Shown: positions 44,929 through 54,997 of the stretch, piece after piece | Position numbering within the stretch: position 1 is the first letter of the stretch | Layout of the letters: each line of letters begins with the position of its first letter | Source of the DNA: a bacterium | GTDB taxonomy: Bacteria > Patescibacteriota > Minisyncoccia > Phycocordibacterales > Phycocordibacteraceae | Direction: 5' to 3' | NCBI GenBank assembly: GCA_021784815.1 | Contig: JAJYHK010000004.1 | Span: 16,255 to 80,254 of the forward strand | DNA: 64,000 bases | Notes under the pieces: model-generated | Told to the model about the DNA's origin: nothing | What the model saw: the letters and a program-made list of their open reading frames with translations, nothing else | Databases searched by the model: none | Program-made: the position numbers and the translations under genes

Positions 44929-46074
44929 TTACTTCTTGCCGACGAAGGAGAGCGTCATGCGCTGGTCCTTTGGTTCGAACAGGGTAATCGTGAACGGATA
45001 CGTCTTGCCAAGCTCGAGCGTTTGGCGCAGCGTCTGCGGCGATTCGAATTCGCTCACGTGTACGAGGCCGGCGACGCCTTCTTCGATCGAGGCGAGCGCG
45101 CCGTGCTTGTTGTACTTGATGATGACGCCCGGCACCTCCATACCCTTTTTGTAGCGGTCGCCGGCGGTATGCCACGGATTATCTTTGAGCGCTTTGATCG
45201 AGAGCGAGACTTTCCCATCCTTGATTTCGATGACCTTCACACGCACCTTGTCGCCGACAGCGAAGAGCGCGCGCGGGTCCTCGACAAGGCCCCAGTCGAG
45301 TTCGCTGATGTGCACGAGGCCTTCGAGGCCCGGCTCGAGCTTCACGAAGACGCCGAAGTCGACGACGCCGGTCACTTCGCCGTCGATGATGTCACCGATC
45401 TGGTACTTGTCGGTGAGCGAGGTCTTCTCCTCAACCTCATCGCCCGTACGTTCGGAGAAGATAAGCTTGCCCTCCTTCGCGTCGGCGGTGATGATGCGGA
45501 CCGACAACGGCTTACCAATGAACTTGTTGAGTTCCTCGAGAATTTTTTCCTTGTCGCCCTCGGGCACGCGCGGGTAGTGTTCCTTGGAGAGCTGGGACGC
45601 AGGGAGGAAGCCCTGGATGCCCTGCCAGGAGAGAATAAGACCGCCCTTGTTCGCCTCGTCGACCGTGAGGGTGTACGCGGTCTCGGCGGCGATGGCTTGC
45701 TCGGCCTCGCCCCAGATGGCGGCCTGGCGCGCTTCCTTAAGTGAGAGCTCAATGTAGCCATCCCGGCCGGCAGGGTCGACGACCTTAGCGCTAATGGCGT
45801 CGCCGATGTTCGTCTTGCGCAGCACGTCAGCGGCGTTGAGATATTCGCGGCCGTAAATAAGGCCGGTGCCAAACGGCGGCAGGTCTATGTAGACGCGGCC
45901 GCGGGAAATCGCGATGACCGTGCCCTCAACGAGGTCGCCCGCGCCCGGCGGCGTGGCGATGTTGCCAATGAGCGCCGCCATCGGGTGGCCCGCCTCGAGC
46001 TGAATGGTCGCTACGGGATCAATCGGAGCGACAATCTTCTTGTCTTCAATCATTACTATGATAAAGCCGGACAA
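44929..46074 (-). CDS. rpsA: 30S ribosomal protein S1 (short, 4 S1 domains)
   Basis: Repeated S1 OB-fold segments ('GDLVEGTVIAISRGRVYIDL', 'GDIIDGEVTGVVDFGVFVKLEPGLEGLVHISEL', ...). Confidence 0.75.
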   Translation of the reverse strand: MSGFIIVMIEDKKIVAPIDPVATIQLEAGHPMAALIGNIATPPGAGDLVEGTVIAISRGRVYIDLPPFGTGLIYGREYLNAADVLRKTNIGDAISAKVVDPAGRDGYIELSLKEARQAAIWGEAEQAIAAETAYTLTVDEANKGGLILSWQGIQGFLPASQLSKEHYPRVPEGDKEKILEELNKFIGKPLSVRIITADAKEGKLIFSERTGDEVEEKTSLTDKYQIGDIIDGEVTGVVDFGVFVKLEPGLEGLVHISELDWGLVEDPRALFAVGDKVRVKVIEIKDGKVSLSIKALKDNPWHTAGDRYKKGMEVPGVIIKYNKHGALASIEEGVAGLVHVSEFESPQTLRQTLELGKTYPFTITLFEPKDQRMTLSFVGKK

Positions 46075-46291
46075 ATGTTCAGAAGAGTACTGGCGCTGCC
46101 CGTGCAGCGCGAGGGTTAGCTCTTCCTACTGTGCCCGCTAACGTCCGTAGCATAGCAAGAAATGGGGAAAAATCAAAGCGATGCGCTACCGGGGAAGCCG
46201 ACCAAGAAATAAGCATCGCCAGAGCGACGCTGCGTAGGCGAGGCGCGTTTGAGTGGCCTCGTTGCGCAAATTCTGGTAAAATACGGACACG

Positions 46292-46930
46292 ATGGTTATT
46301 ACCCATCACAGCGGCCAGTGCTTTAAGGTGACCTTTGGCGATCTCACGCTCGTCTTCGATCCTGTCGCTAAGAATGGGACGCTCCCGGGCGTGCGCTTCG
46401 GCGCCGACCTTGCGCTCGTTTCGCGCAATCACCCGAACATGAACGGCATCGATGAAGTCTCGTATGGCGGCAAAGAACCGTTTGCGGTTCTCGGGCCGGG
46501 AGAATACGAGCACTCCGGAGTGACCGTGCAGGGATTTCTCTCGAGCAGCGCATACGGATTTGCGAAAGGGCAGGAGAGGGCGGTGAATACGGTCTACGCC
46601 GTTGAGCTCGAGGACATGACGCTCGTGCACCTGGGAGCGCTCGTGGACGAGGAACTCCCCAAAGCTGCGCGCGAGGGTATCGATGCGGTGGATGTGCTCT
46701 TCGTGCCAATCGGTGGGGACGGGGTGCTTTCGCCGGGGAAGGCGCATGAGCTTGCTGTTGCGCTCGAACCGAGAATTATCGTGCCGATGCACTGGAGCGG
46801 TATGGGCGAGCCGAAGGCGCTTGATGCATTTCTTAAGGAGGCAGGCGGCGGCGAGAAGGTCGACAAACTTACGCTCAAGCGGAAGGATCTTGCGGGGCAC
46901 GATGGGAGTATACTAGTCCTAACCCCATAA
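46292..46930 (+). CDS. MBL-fold metallo-hydrolase
   Basis: 'ITHHSGQCF' and overall beta-lactamase-fold layout; 212 aa. Confidence 0.5.
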   Translation: MVITHHSGQCFKVTFGDLTLVFDPVAKNGTLPGVRFGADLALVSRNHPNMNGIDEVSYGGKEPFAVLGPGEYEHSGVTVQGFLSSSAYGFAKGQERAVNTVYAVELEDMTLVHLGALVDEELPKAAREGIDAVDVLFVPIGGDGVLSPGKAHELAVALEPRIIVPMHWSGMGEPKALDAFLKEAGGGEKVDKLTLKRKDLAGHDGSILVLTP

Positions 46931-46935
46931 GAGAC

Positions 46936-47298
46936 ATGAAAGGCGTCCGGCATCATATTGAGCGAGTCCGTGCACAGCCGCACCACATCCGCAAGCGGGT
47001 CGTGTTCGGAATCGCGGGCGGCGTTGCGGGCCTCATCGGGTTCATTTGGCTCGGTAGCTCGCTAGCCGCAGGTGCGTTCTTTCTCCACCCAACCTCTTTT
47101 GCGCAGGCGCTTGCGCCGCAGCAACCCGTCTACGCGTCAACCACCGCTACGCCGGACGGCAGTAACCTGGCCGGTGCCGCAGCCGCCTTTAACGCGCAAC
47201 AGCAGAGCGAGCCGGCGCACATCGTTATCGTGAACGCGCCCTCGTCGGCCTCGAAGGCTGCCACGGCAACGACGACTCAAACGACTATTCCGTTCTAG
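46936..47298 (+). CDS. Hypothetical membrane-anchored protein
   Basis: 120 aa with an N-terminal TM 'VVFGIAGGVAGLIGFIWLG'. Confidence 0.35.
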   Translation: MKGVRHHIERVRAQPHHIRKRVVFGIAGGVAGLIGFIWLGSSLAAGAFFLHPTSFAQALAPQQPVYASTTATPDGSNLAGAAAAFNAQQQSEPAHIVIVNAPSSASKAATATTTQTTIPF

Positions 47299-47328
47299 TT
47301 TCTTTTTTGAATACGCGAATCGCTTACC

Positions 47329-49809
47329 ATGGCCCGAGGCAGAAACAACGAGAACCCTACCGAGGCACTGACGGTAGAGCACCAGAACGTTATTGATCAG
47401 TCGATTGTCGCCGAGATGCGCCAGTCGTACGTCGACTACGCGATGAGCGTGATCACGAGCCGCGCGCTCCCGGACGTGCGCGACGGCTTGAAGCCGGTGC
47501 ACCGGCGCATCCTTTACGCGATGAAGGACATTGGCCTCACACCCAGTGCGAAGTTCCGCAAGTCGGCCGCTGTAGTCGGCGATGTGCTGGCAAAATACCA
47601 CCCGCATGGCGACAGCGCGGTGTACGACGCTATGGCCAAGCTTGCACAGGACTTCGCGACGCGGTATCCGCTCGTCTTGGGCCAGGGTAACTTCGGCTCG
47701 ATCGACGGCGACTCGCCCGCGGCTATGCGTTATACCGAGGCGAAGATGTCCCGTGTGGCCGAGGCGCTTCTCGCCGATCTCGACAAGGAGACCGTTGAAT
47801 GGATGCCGAACTACGATGCGACGCGCAACGAACCGATCGTGCTCCCTTCGGCGTTGCCAAACTTGCTTTTAAACGGCACACTCGGTATTGCGGTCGGTAT
47901 GGCGACAAACGTCCCGCCGCACAACCTCCGCGAGGTGGTCGACGCGACCATGCACCTCATCGACAACCCCGACGCGACGACTGAAGACCTTCTGAAGATC
48001 GTAAAAGGCCCGGATTTCCCGCTCGGTGGTATTGCGTTTAACCAAGCCGACCTCATCCACGCGTATAGCACCGGCAAAGGGCCGGTCGTCGTGCGCGGCG
48101 AGGCGGAGATCGTTGATGACAGCAAGCGCGACACGCGCATCGTTATCACAAGCATCCCGTATCGCGTAAATAAGGCCGAGCTCATTACCCGCATCGCCGA
48201 GCTCGTGCAGGACAAGAAGCTTGAGGGCATCCGCGACTTGCGCGACGAATCGACCGAAGACATCCGTATCGTGGTCGAGCTCAAAGGTACCGCGCACCCG
48301 CAGGCGGTCCTCAACGCGCTCTACAAGCACACCGAACTCGAGAGTACCTTCCACTACAACATGCTCGCGCTCGTCGAGGGTGTACCGGAGATGCTCTCGA
48401 TCGGCGGTATGATCGAACAGTTCATCGGCCATCGCCGCGAAGTGGTACGCCGCCGCACCGAGTTCGACCTCAAGAAGGCGAAGGAACGCGAGCACATCCT
48501 GCTCGGTCTCAGCAAGGCGCTCGATCACATCGACGAAGTCATTGCTATCATCAAAAAGGCACCGGACGTACCGACCGCCGATCTCAACCTCCAGAAGAAG
48601 TTCGCCTTCACGCCGCGCCAGACCGCCGCGATTCTCGCGATGCGCCTCCAGACGCTCGCCGGCCTTGAGCGCAAGAAGATCGAGGACGAACTGGAGAGCC
48701 TCCAGGAACTCATTAAGAAGCTCGAAGACATTCTCTCCTCGCCGAAAAAGATTCTCGCGGTGGTGAAGAGCGAGCTCTCGGAGCTGCGCGACAAGTACGG
48801 CGACGACCGCCGCACGAAGATCGTCAAAGGCGGCGTGAAGAATATTTCCGTAGAAGACCTTGTGCCCGACGAGGAAAGCATGCTCGTGCTCACGCACGGC
48901 GGGTACGTAAAGCGCACGAACCCATCCGAGTACCGCCGCCAGAAGCGCGGCGGCGTGGGTGTCGTCGACATCGCGACCAAGGAAGAGGACGTGGTGATGC
49001 ACTTCCTCGTAGCGAGCGCGCATGACGGCCTTCTCTTCTTTACGACCGCGGGCAAGGTGTACCAGCTCAAAATGTATGAGATTCCCGAAGGCAAGCGCGC
49101 AACAAAGGGTAAGTCCATCATGAACTTCCTCCCGCTTGCAGCCGAGGAGCGTGTCTCGAGCATTCTCCCGGTGCCCAAGGGCGCGGCGCTCGATGCCTCG
49201 AGCGTGGTGCTTGTTACCAAAGAGGGGGTGGTGAAGCGCGTCTCCGCCAAGAGTTTTGCCGATGTGCGCAAGAGCGGTATCATCGCGGTGAACCTCAAGA
49301 ACGGCGACGAGCTTATCGCCGCCGACCTCGCGGCCGAGGGCGACACCGTCTCTATCGTCACGAGCAAGGGCCAGTCGGTGCGCTTCGACGTCGACGATGT
49401 GCGCGAGATGGGCCGCACGGCCGGCGGCGTTCGTGGTATGGGCGTGAAGAAGAGCGACCACGTCGTCGCAGCGCAGGTGATCCGCGCTGAATACAACAAG
49501 TCCGGCGCGCTTCTCGTAGTCATGAGCAGGGGCTACGGCAAGCATACGCCGATTAGCGAGTACAAGGTGCAGGGCAGGGGCGGCAGCGGTATCAAGACCG
49601 CTGAGGTGACTGCGAAGACCGGCGACGTCATCGGCGCCCGCATCATCGCGGGCGATGGCGCGGAAGACGAACTCGTCGTGGTCTCAAAAAAGGGGCAGGT
49701 GATCCGTACGACGGTCGCGGAGATCCCCTCACTTTCCCGCGCGACCCAGGGTGTGCGCATCATGAAGATGCGCGAGGGCGATTCCATTGCGAGTATGGCG
49801 GTGTTGTAG
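47329..49809 (+). CDS. gyrA: DNA gyrase subunit A
   Basis: '[14 protein letters not shown]', '[10 protein letters not shown]' (catalytic Tyr region), C-terminal beta-pinwheel repeats; 826 aa. Confidence 0.9.
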   Translation: MARGRNNENPTEALTVEHQNVIDQSIVAEMRQSYVDYAMSVITSRALPDVRDGLKPVHRRILYAMKDIGLTPSAKFRKSAAVVGDVLAKYHPHGDSAVYDAMAKLAQDFATRYPLVLGQGNFGSIDGDSPAAMRYTEAKMSRVAEALLADLDKETVEWMPNYDATRNEPIVLPSALPNLLLNGTLGIAVGMATNVPPHNLREVVDATMHLIDNPDATTEDLLKIVKGPDFPLGGIAFNQADLIHAYSTGKGPVVVRGEAEIVDDSKRDTRIVITSIPYRVNKAELITRIAELVQDKKLEGIRDLRDESTEDIRIVVELKGTAHPQAVLNALYKHTELESTFHYNMLALVEGVPEMLSIGGMIEQFIGHRREVVRRRTEFDLKKAKEREHILLGLSKALDHIDEVIAIIKKAPDVPTADLNLQKKFAFTPRQTAAILAMRLQTLAGLERKKIEDELESLQELIKKLEDILSSPKKILAVVKSELSELRDKYGDDRRTKIVKGGVKNISVEDLVPDEESMLVLTHGGYVKRTNPSEYRRQKRGGVGVVDIATKEEDVVMHFLVASAHDGLLFFTTAGKVYQLKMYEIPEGKRATKGKSIMNFLPLAAEERVSSILPVPKGAALDASSVVLVTKEGVVKRVSAKSFADVRKSGIIAVNLKNGDELIAADLAAEGDTVSIVTSKGQSVRFDVDDVREMGRTAGGVRGMGVKKSDHVVAAQVIRAEYNKSGALLVVMSRGYGKHTPISEYKVQGRGGSGIKTAEVTAKTGDVIGARIIAGDGAEDELVVVSKKGQVIRTTVAEIPSLSRATQGVRIMKMREGDSIASMAVL

Positions 49810-49945
49810 CATCCTGCATCTGGGAGCTTTTGTTCGTTCCGCTCCGGTATGCGTAAGCCCCAGGGTTCCAACCCGGGGCTTGTATGGCACTATTCTACAC
49901 GGCTTTGCTCAAAGAGCTTACGGGCCTAGACAGCCGTTTGTATGG

Positions 49946-50863
49946 TTACACCCTCATTGACTTCCGCAGCTTCTTGATGGCGCGTATCTCGATTTGTCGT
50001 ATGCACTCTTGCGAGACGGTGTACTCTCGCGCCAGATCTCTCAGTGTAACTGGGTCGTCCCGCAAGCGGCGCATGTCCAGAATGTGCTGCTCGCGCTCCG
50101 TCAGCTCCTCCAGTGCTTTGGCGAGCAGCACTTTACGTTCGGACAACTCTTCGCGTTCGGCAAAATCGCTCTCTTGGTTAGAGGATTCATCCACCAGCAA
50201 ATCCTGCCATTCGTCTGTGCTGTCATGGCGCACCGGAGCGTTAAGGCTACACTCCGGTGCCGCTAAACGGTAGTTCATGGTGACTACGTCTTGCACTGAT
50301 ACGTTAAGCACGCGGGCGATTTCCTCCACTTGTTCGCGTTGCAGATCGCCTTCATCGATCACTTGCATCTTGCCCTTCAGCCGCCGCAGGTTGAAGAACA
50401 GTTTCTTCTGTGAGGCCGAGGTTCCCATCCTCACCAGCGACCAGGAGCGCAGGATGTACGACTGGATCTCGGCGCGGATCCACCACACGGCGTAGGCTGC
50501 GAGGTGGGAGCCGCGATCTGGATCGAACCGATGCGCCGCTCGTATCATGCCGACGCTGCCCTCGGAGATCAATTCGCTGATCGGCAGACCGTAGCCACGG
50601 TAATTCAAAGCAATTTTTACGACGAGTCGCAGATGGGAGGTGACCAGCATGTGTACCGCTGCCACCTCCTTGTAATCGCGCCAACGGCGAGAGAGCTCGA
50701 GCTCTTTCTCCGCGGACAGCACAGGAAATGTGCGGATCTTCTCGAGATACCGCGCAATGTTGCCCTCATGGGCTACAGCTGCGGACGCCACGTGATTTCT
50801 CTCCGTTCGTTTTGGTTTGTGCGTTGAGCGGACAATACCGCCCAACCGATTCTGCTGTACCAC
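49946..50863 (-). CDS. RNA polymerase sigma factor, sigma-70 family (RpoH/RpoS-like alternative sigma)
   Basis: Region 2 'ISELISEGSVGMIRAAHRFDPDRGSHLAAYAVWWIRAEIQSYI'; region 4 'TLRDLAREYTVSQECIRQIEIRAIKKLR'. GTG start. Confidence 0.7.
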   Translation of the reverse strand: MVQQNRLGGIVRSTHKPKRTERNHVASAAVAHEGNIARYLEKIRTFPVLSAEKELELSRRWRDYKEVAAVHMLVTSHLRLVVKIALNYRGYGLPISELISEGSVGMIRAAHRFDPDRGSHLAAYAVWWIRAEIQSYILRSWSLVRMGTSASQKKLFFNLRRLKGKMQVIDEGDLQREQVEEIARVLNVSVQDVVTMNYRLAAPECSLNAPVRHDSTDEWQDLLVDESSNQESDFAEREELSERKVLLAKALEELTEREQHILDMRRLRDDPVTLRDLAREYTVSQECIRQIEIRAIKKLRKSMRV

Positions 50864-50955
50864 TTCTGCCTTTCAAAGGCAAGTGTTGTTCTCCTGAATT
50901 CTAGTCTGAAGCGCAACGCGCGTTTCCCTTGGCGCTGCTCCGTCTCGGTATGCGT

Positions 50956-50984
50956 ACTACTCCAGGACAAAGTCCTGGAGTAGT
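50956..50984 (-). promoter_or_regulatory. 5'-UTR hairpin of the sigma-factor gene (possible regulatory/thermosensor structure)
   Basis: Perfect 12-bp stem 'actactccagga-caaa-gtcctggagtagt'. A second small hairpin 'tgccttt-gaa-aggca' contains the putative SD (AAAGG) just before the GTG start. Confidence 0.35.
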
Positions 50985-51007
50985 AGTGCCAGTTCGAACA
51001 GGGAGGC

Positions 51008-51047
51008 AAAACACACGAGCGCCCGCGAAAGCGGGCGCTCGTGTGTT
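51008..51047 (-). terminator. Intrinsic terminator downstream of cspA
   Basis: 18-bp perfect stem 'aaacacacgagcgcccgc-gaaa-gcgggcgctcgtgtgttt'. Confidence 0.65.
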
Positions 51048-51053
51048 TGGTCG

Positions 51054-51254
51054 TTAGACCTTGCTCACGTTTACGGCGTTCGGTCCTTTCGGGCTGTTGC
51101 CAACCTCGAACGAGACCGCATCTCCTTCGCGAAGCTCATCGAACGACACGTTCGTGAGCTCGTTGCTGTGGAAGAAGAGATCCTTCGATTCGCCGTCACG
51201 CTTAATGAAGCCGAAACCCTTGTCGGTTTTCTTGGCTACGATTCCTTGCTGCAT
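51054..51254 (-). CDS. cspA: Cold-shock protein (CspA family)
   Basis: 'GIVAKKTDKGFGFIKRDG...DLFFH' RNP1/RNP2 motifs. Confidence 0.85.
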   Translation of the reverse strand: MQQGIVAKKTDKGFGFIKRDGESKDLFFHSNELTNVSFDELREGDAVSFEVGNSPKGPNAVNVSKV

Positions 51255-51349
51255 GACCATTCAATTGGTGTGACCAAAATATCAATTCAGGTTCCGAAGA
51301 GAGAAGCTCGATCCGTTACTTCTTCTAGATCCAGCCTGGTTGATGGTGT

Positions 51350-51378
51350 AACAGTAGCAATACCAGGCCATTTGTCAA
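51350..51378 (-). promoter_or_regulatory. Sigma70-like promoter for cspA (-35 TTGACA, 17 nt, -10 TACTGT), long 5' UTR
   Basis: On the minus strand, 'TTGACAaatggcctggtattgcTACTGT' lies about 100 nt upstream of the cspA ATG. Confidence 0.4.
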
Positions 51379-51481
51379 TGACTATGTGACTATTGACCTT
51401 TTATATATGGCTCGCGCGGCATTCTTTTGTTGATTCTGGACGCATTAGGTTGCGGCCGCATGGTATTTTAAAAGAGAAAAT

Positions 51482-52015
51482 ATGAGCGCCTCATTTAGCG
51501 ATCCGCGTGAGAATGTCTTGCAGGCTGGTTTGCGCGAGGGCATGCGTGTTGCGGATTTTGGTACCGGTACGGGCCACTATGCGCGCGCGGCGCTCGGAGT
51601 AGTCGGTCCGGAAGGGCGCGTGTATGCCATAGACGTGCAAGAGGACGTGCTCAAACACTCTGCGCTCGACGCGCGCGGGCACCATCATGCGATCGAAACC
51701 ATTTGGGGTGATATTGAGAAGCTGGGCGGTACCCATCTACGCGAACAGGCGCTCGATGCGATTATCCTCGCGAACACGCTTTTTCAAATAGAGCATCGTG
51801 CCGCGCTTGTTGGAGAAATCAAACGCGTACTCAAACCAGGCGGGCGATTGCTCGTGGTCGACTGGACTGGGAGCCACGGCGGTATCGGCCCGGCGCCGCA
51901 GCATGTGGTTGACGAGTACGCCGCAGAAGCGCTCTTTGCCGGTGCCGGCTTCCGTAAAGAAAAGAGTTTCCGCGCCGGGCCGCACCATTACGGCATTGTC
52001 TTTATTGCGCCATGA
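51482..52015 (+). CDS. Class I SAM-dependent methyltransferase (Methyltransf_11/25-like)
   Basis: 'VADFGTGTGHYA' SAM motif I, 'LKPGGRLLVVDW'; first gene of the pilin-like operon. Confidence 0.65.
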   Translation: MSASFSDPRENVLQAGLREGMRVADFGTGTGHYARAALGVVGPEGRVYAIDVQEDVLKHSALDARGHHHAIETIWGDIEKLGGTHLREQALDAIILANTLFQIEHRAALVGEIKRVLKPGGRLLVVDWTGSHGGIGPAPQHVVDEYAAEALFAGAGFRKEKSFRAGPHHYGIVFIAP

Positions 52016-53328
52016 AAAAACTCACGACCTTCAAAATCGTCCTTTTCGCGTTTTTTATCGTCGGCGCGCTTGCAGGGCTCGTTGCGTTTTCGCTTTATCA
52101 AGGCGGCAGTTCCGGTGCAAAAGGCGTAGGAACGGTCGTCATTTGGGGTACGCTGCCGCAAGCCAGCATGGATGCCACGCTGCAGGCCGCGAAACAGAGC
52201 GATCAAAGTCTCAAGGGCGTGTCCTACGTAGAGAAGAATCCCGCAACGCTCGCGGCGGACCTCGCGACTGCGATCGCCACGGACAACGCGCCGGGCCTTG
52301 TGCTTGCGTCGCAACAGGAGCTCTACTCGATCCACCGGTTTCTCGCGTCTATCCCGCTCTCCTCGCTTCCGGTGAGCACGTTTGAGAATACGTTCATTAG
52401 CGAAGGGAATCTGTTCCGTGTGCCGAATAACGGCGGCTATTATGGGATGCCGTTCCTCGTCGATCCGCTCGTGCTGTTTTCAAATAACGCTATTCTTGCA
52501 TCGGACAATATTGCGCTCCCGCCCTCAACCTGGGATGCGCTCACCGGGCTCGTGCCAAACGTTGCGGTGTACTCGTCGACTCGGCAGGTTACGCGCGGGC
52601 TGATTGCTCTCGGCTCGTACGATAACGTGCAAAATGCGCAAGCAATCATTTCCGCGATCCTGCTTCAAGAAGGAGTATCAGTAACGGCGTATGGCGGGGC
52701 CGGGAATGTGGTGGCGAACCTGAACGAATCACAGGGAGCGAGCGGCCAGCTGCCCGGAGAGGCGGCAGTGCGCTTTTACACGCAGTTCGCCGACCCGTCG
52801 AAGGTCTCGTACACTTGGAACCAGTCGATGCCGAACTCACAGCAAGCATTTTCCTCGGGCGACCTCGCGCTCTACCTTGGTTTCGCCTCCGAGGCGAGCT
52901 ACTTCACGAGTGCGAATCCGAATCTTGCGTTTACCGTGTCGCCGCTTCCGCAGCTTGCGGGTGCCGCGACAAAAACGACGTACGGGAAGCTCTATGCATT
53001 CATGGTTCCGCGCGCAAGTCCGAACATCGCGGGCGCGTATGCCGCCGCGTCAGCACTCATCGGTATCTCCGATGAAAAGGCCGCCGCGGTAGCGACAGGA
53101 TTAGCGCCGGCGGTCCGACAGGTACTCGCGAGCGCGTCGGCGCAAGACCCTGTTGCCGCCGTCGCCTATGCGTCGGCGCTCTATGCCGCGGGGTGGCTTT
53201 CCCCAGCTCCTGCCGACACTGACCGGGTCTTTTCGGCTATGATTACGAGTGTGCTGAACGGCAGCGCTACCTTTGCGACCGCGGTGAGTACGGCGCAATC
53301 CTCGCTCAACGCGCTGCTCCAATCATGA
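52012..53328 (+). CDS. Extracellular solute-binding-protein-like (SBP family 1-like), membrane-anchored, orphan
   Basis: N-terminal TM 'IVLFAFFIVGALAGLVAF', then 'VVIWGTL...GYYGMPFLVDPLVLFSN' resembling ABC sugar-binding proteins. No permease or ATPase nearby. 4-nt overlap with the flanking genes. Confidence 0.45.
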   Translation: MKKLTTFKIVLFAFFIVGALAGLVAFSLYQGGSSGAKGVGTVVIWGTLPQASMDATLQAAKQSDQSLKGVSYVEKNPATLAADLATAIATDNAPGLVLASQQELYSIHRFLASIPLSSLPVSTFENTFISEGNLFRVPNNGGYYGMPFLVDPLVLFSNNAILASDNIALPPSTWDALTGLVPNVAVYSSTRQVTRGLIALGSYDNVQNAQAIISAILLQEGVSVTAYGGAGNVVANLNESQGASGQLPGEAAVRFYTQFADPSKVSYTWNQSMPNSQQAFSSGDLALYLGFASEASYFTSANPNLAFTVSPLPQLAGAATKTTYGKLYAFMVPRASPNIAGAYAAASALIGISDEKAAAVATGLAPAVRQVLASASAQDPVAAVAYASALYAAGWLSPAPADTDRVFSAMITSVLNGSATFATAVSTAQSSLNALLQS

Positions 53329-53837
53329 ACCCTCTCAATTTCCAGCTCCAGTGCTATCGCGCAAGAGCGCTTGTCTCCCTCCTGGCCGGTCTGCTGTTTT
53401 TGGTCATTCTTATTCCACACTTGGCTTTCGCTGCGGTGTCGAATACTAATACTAACGGAACTCCCGTGAATTCCCCGACCTACGGAGGAACAAACGGAAT
53501 GCCCATGTCTAATCCTGGTCAAGGCGGGGGAGGGTCATACTCATTTCCCAATCCGCTCGGCCAAGGGACAACACTCACGACGCTCCTTATGGATATCTTG
53601 AACCTCGTCATGCAGCTCGGCACGGTCGCGGTCATCCTCATGCTCGTATATACCGGTTTCAAATACGTCGCTGCACGGGGCAACCCGGGGGCGATCACAA
53701 GTGCACATCAGGCGCTCGCGTGGACCGTGGTTGGTGCGCTCATTCTGCTCGGCTCCGCAGCGATTGCGCAAGGTATCTGCGCCACGGTTGTCGCCCTTGG
53801 CAACGGTTCCGGCAGCTGTCCTTCGCTCCTGCCATGA
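53325..53837 (+). CDS. Pilin-like paralog 1 (signal peptide + Gly/Asn-rich region + two TM helices)
   Basis: Signal peptide 'LLAGLLFLVILIPHLAFAA', then 'LVMQLGTVAVILMLVYTGFKYVAARGNPGAITSAHQALAWTVVGALILLGSAAIA'. Same TM-loop-TM architecture as paralogs 2-6. Confidence 0.5.
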   Translation: MNPLNFQLQCYRARALVSLLAGLLFLVILIPHLAFAAVSNTNTNGTPVNSPTYGGTNGMPMSNPGQGGGGSYSFPNPLGQGTTLTTLLMDILNLVMQLGTVAVILMLVYTGFKYVAARGNPGAITSAHQALAWTVVGALILLGSAAIAQGICATVVALGNGSGSCPSLLP

Positions 53838-54106
53838 TAACGTTCGCACAGCTTGTCGGATCGGGTACCACGGGCATCATCGGCCTTATTAATGTCGTAG
53901 TCATCCCCGTTATCTTCACACTTGCCTTTGCCGCATTCATTTGGGGCGTCGTGAACGCGTTTATCTTGCACGGCGGTGACGGTACCACGCAAAAGAAGGG
54001 CCGCGATGTGGCGCTCTGGGGTCTCATTGGTCTCGTGCTGCTTTTTTCCATCTGGAGCGTCGTGAACATCCTTTTATCCACGGTTGGCATCGTGCCTGGC
54101 AGCTAG
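53834..54106 (+). CDS. VirB2/T4SS-pilin-like small membrane protein, paralog 2
   Basis: 'GIIGLINVVVIPVIFTLAFAAFIWG...HGGDGTTQKKGRDVALWGLIGLVLLFSIWSVVNILLS' (two TM helices, basic Gly loop). Confidence 0.55.
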   Translation: MITFAQLVGSGTTGIIGLINVVVIPVIFTLAFAAFIWGVVNAFILHGGDGTTQKKGRDVALWGLIGLVLLFSIWSVVNILLSTVGIVPGS

Positions 54107-54125
54107 CTCTGCTATCGTTAGGTAT

Positions 54126-54578
54126 ATGTATTTTCCTACTCCATTCACTTTCGGCGGTTGCTTCACTGGGATCTGCTATATGAGTAACCTCATTGTTGGC
54201 ACTATCAACAATGTGCTCGTTCCGGTTATATTCGCGATAGCTTTTATTGTCTTCTTGTGGGGCATTGCGAATGCGTACGTGATTTCTCGCGGCAATGAAG
54301 CAAAAGTAAAACAGGGCCATCAGCTTATTTTGTGGGGTCTCGTCGGTTTCTTTTTTATGCTCTCGATATGGGGTCTCGTAAACATCATTGCGAATACGTT
54401 CGGTATCTCCGGCGGTCCCGGACCTCCGACTCCAGTCTACTTCCCCTATACATACGGACAGTCGCCGGTGTATCCCGGGTACTCAAGCCCTACCCCAGGT
54501 GCATATAATTCCACGCCAAATACAAATCCCGCTCCATCAACCGCAGCTCCTAGTAGTGTAAGTCCCGGGGTACTATGA
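54126..54578 (+). CDS. VirB2/T4SS-pilin-like small membrane protein, paralog 3 (Pro/Tyr/Ser-rich C-terminal tail)
   Basis: 'NNVLVPVIFAIAFIVFLWG...SRGNEAKVKQGHQLILWGLVGFFFMLSIWGLVNIIAN' then 'PGPPTPVYFPYTYGQSPVYPGYSSPTPG...'. Start uncertain: 54126 has an AGG SD; 54180 is the alternative. Confidence 0.55.
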   Translation: MYFPTPFTFGGCFTGICYMSNLIVGTINNVLVPVIFAIAFIVFLWGIANAYVISRGNEAKVKQGHQLILWGLVGFFFMLSIWGLVNIIANTFGISGGPGPPTPVYFPYTYGQSPVYPGYSSPTPGAYNSTPNTNPAPSTAAPSSVSPGVL

Positions 54579-54613
54579 CAGTACATTGCTTTCAAGCACT
54601 TAATTAACTCTGT

Positions 54614-54916
54614 ATGAGTAGCGGCATAAATATCCCCTATATCCAGAGCTGGGCAGGAGGCATCATTGGGCTCATAAATTACGTGCTGATCCCGGTACTC
54701 CTTGCCATTGCGTTCTTTGTTTTCTTGCTCGGGGTTCTGCGTGCCTATATTTTCTCGAGAGGCGATGCTAAAGCGCGAGAGAGTGGTCATCAGCTTGTCC
54801 TTTGGGGTGCTGTCGGTTTTACTATCGTGCTTTCGGTCTGGGGTCTCGTCGCGCTGGTTGGCTCGACCTTCGGGCTTATCTCGGGCGGCGCGGCGCCGCC
54901 CTACCCGACGCTCTAG
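54614..54916 (+). CDS. VirB2/T4SS-pilin-like small membrane protein, paralog 4
   Basis: 'GGIIGLINYVLIPVLLAIAFFVFLLG...SRGDAKARESGHQLVLWGAVGFTIVLSVWGLVALVGS'. Confidence 0.55.
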   Translation: MSSGINIPYIQSWAGGIIGLINYVLIPVLLAIAFFVFLLGVLRAYIFSRGDAKARESGHQLVLWGAVGFTIVLSVWGLVALVGSTFGLISGGAAPPYPTL

Positions 54917-54997
54917 CTATCCACACGCTGCCGCAGAACGGCTCGCATTCACCGGGGAGTGCGTATACAATGAAATCGTTATCCGTTTATCTTATCT

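Noticed and set aside
47869-49545. 558-aa and 332-aa ORFs (48525-49523) on the minus strand inside gyrA
   Set aside because: Antisense to a confidently identified, conserved gene. The translations are Arg/Ala/His-rich low-complexity, typical of high-GC antisense open frames.
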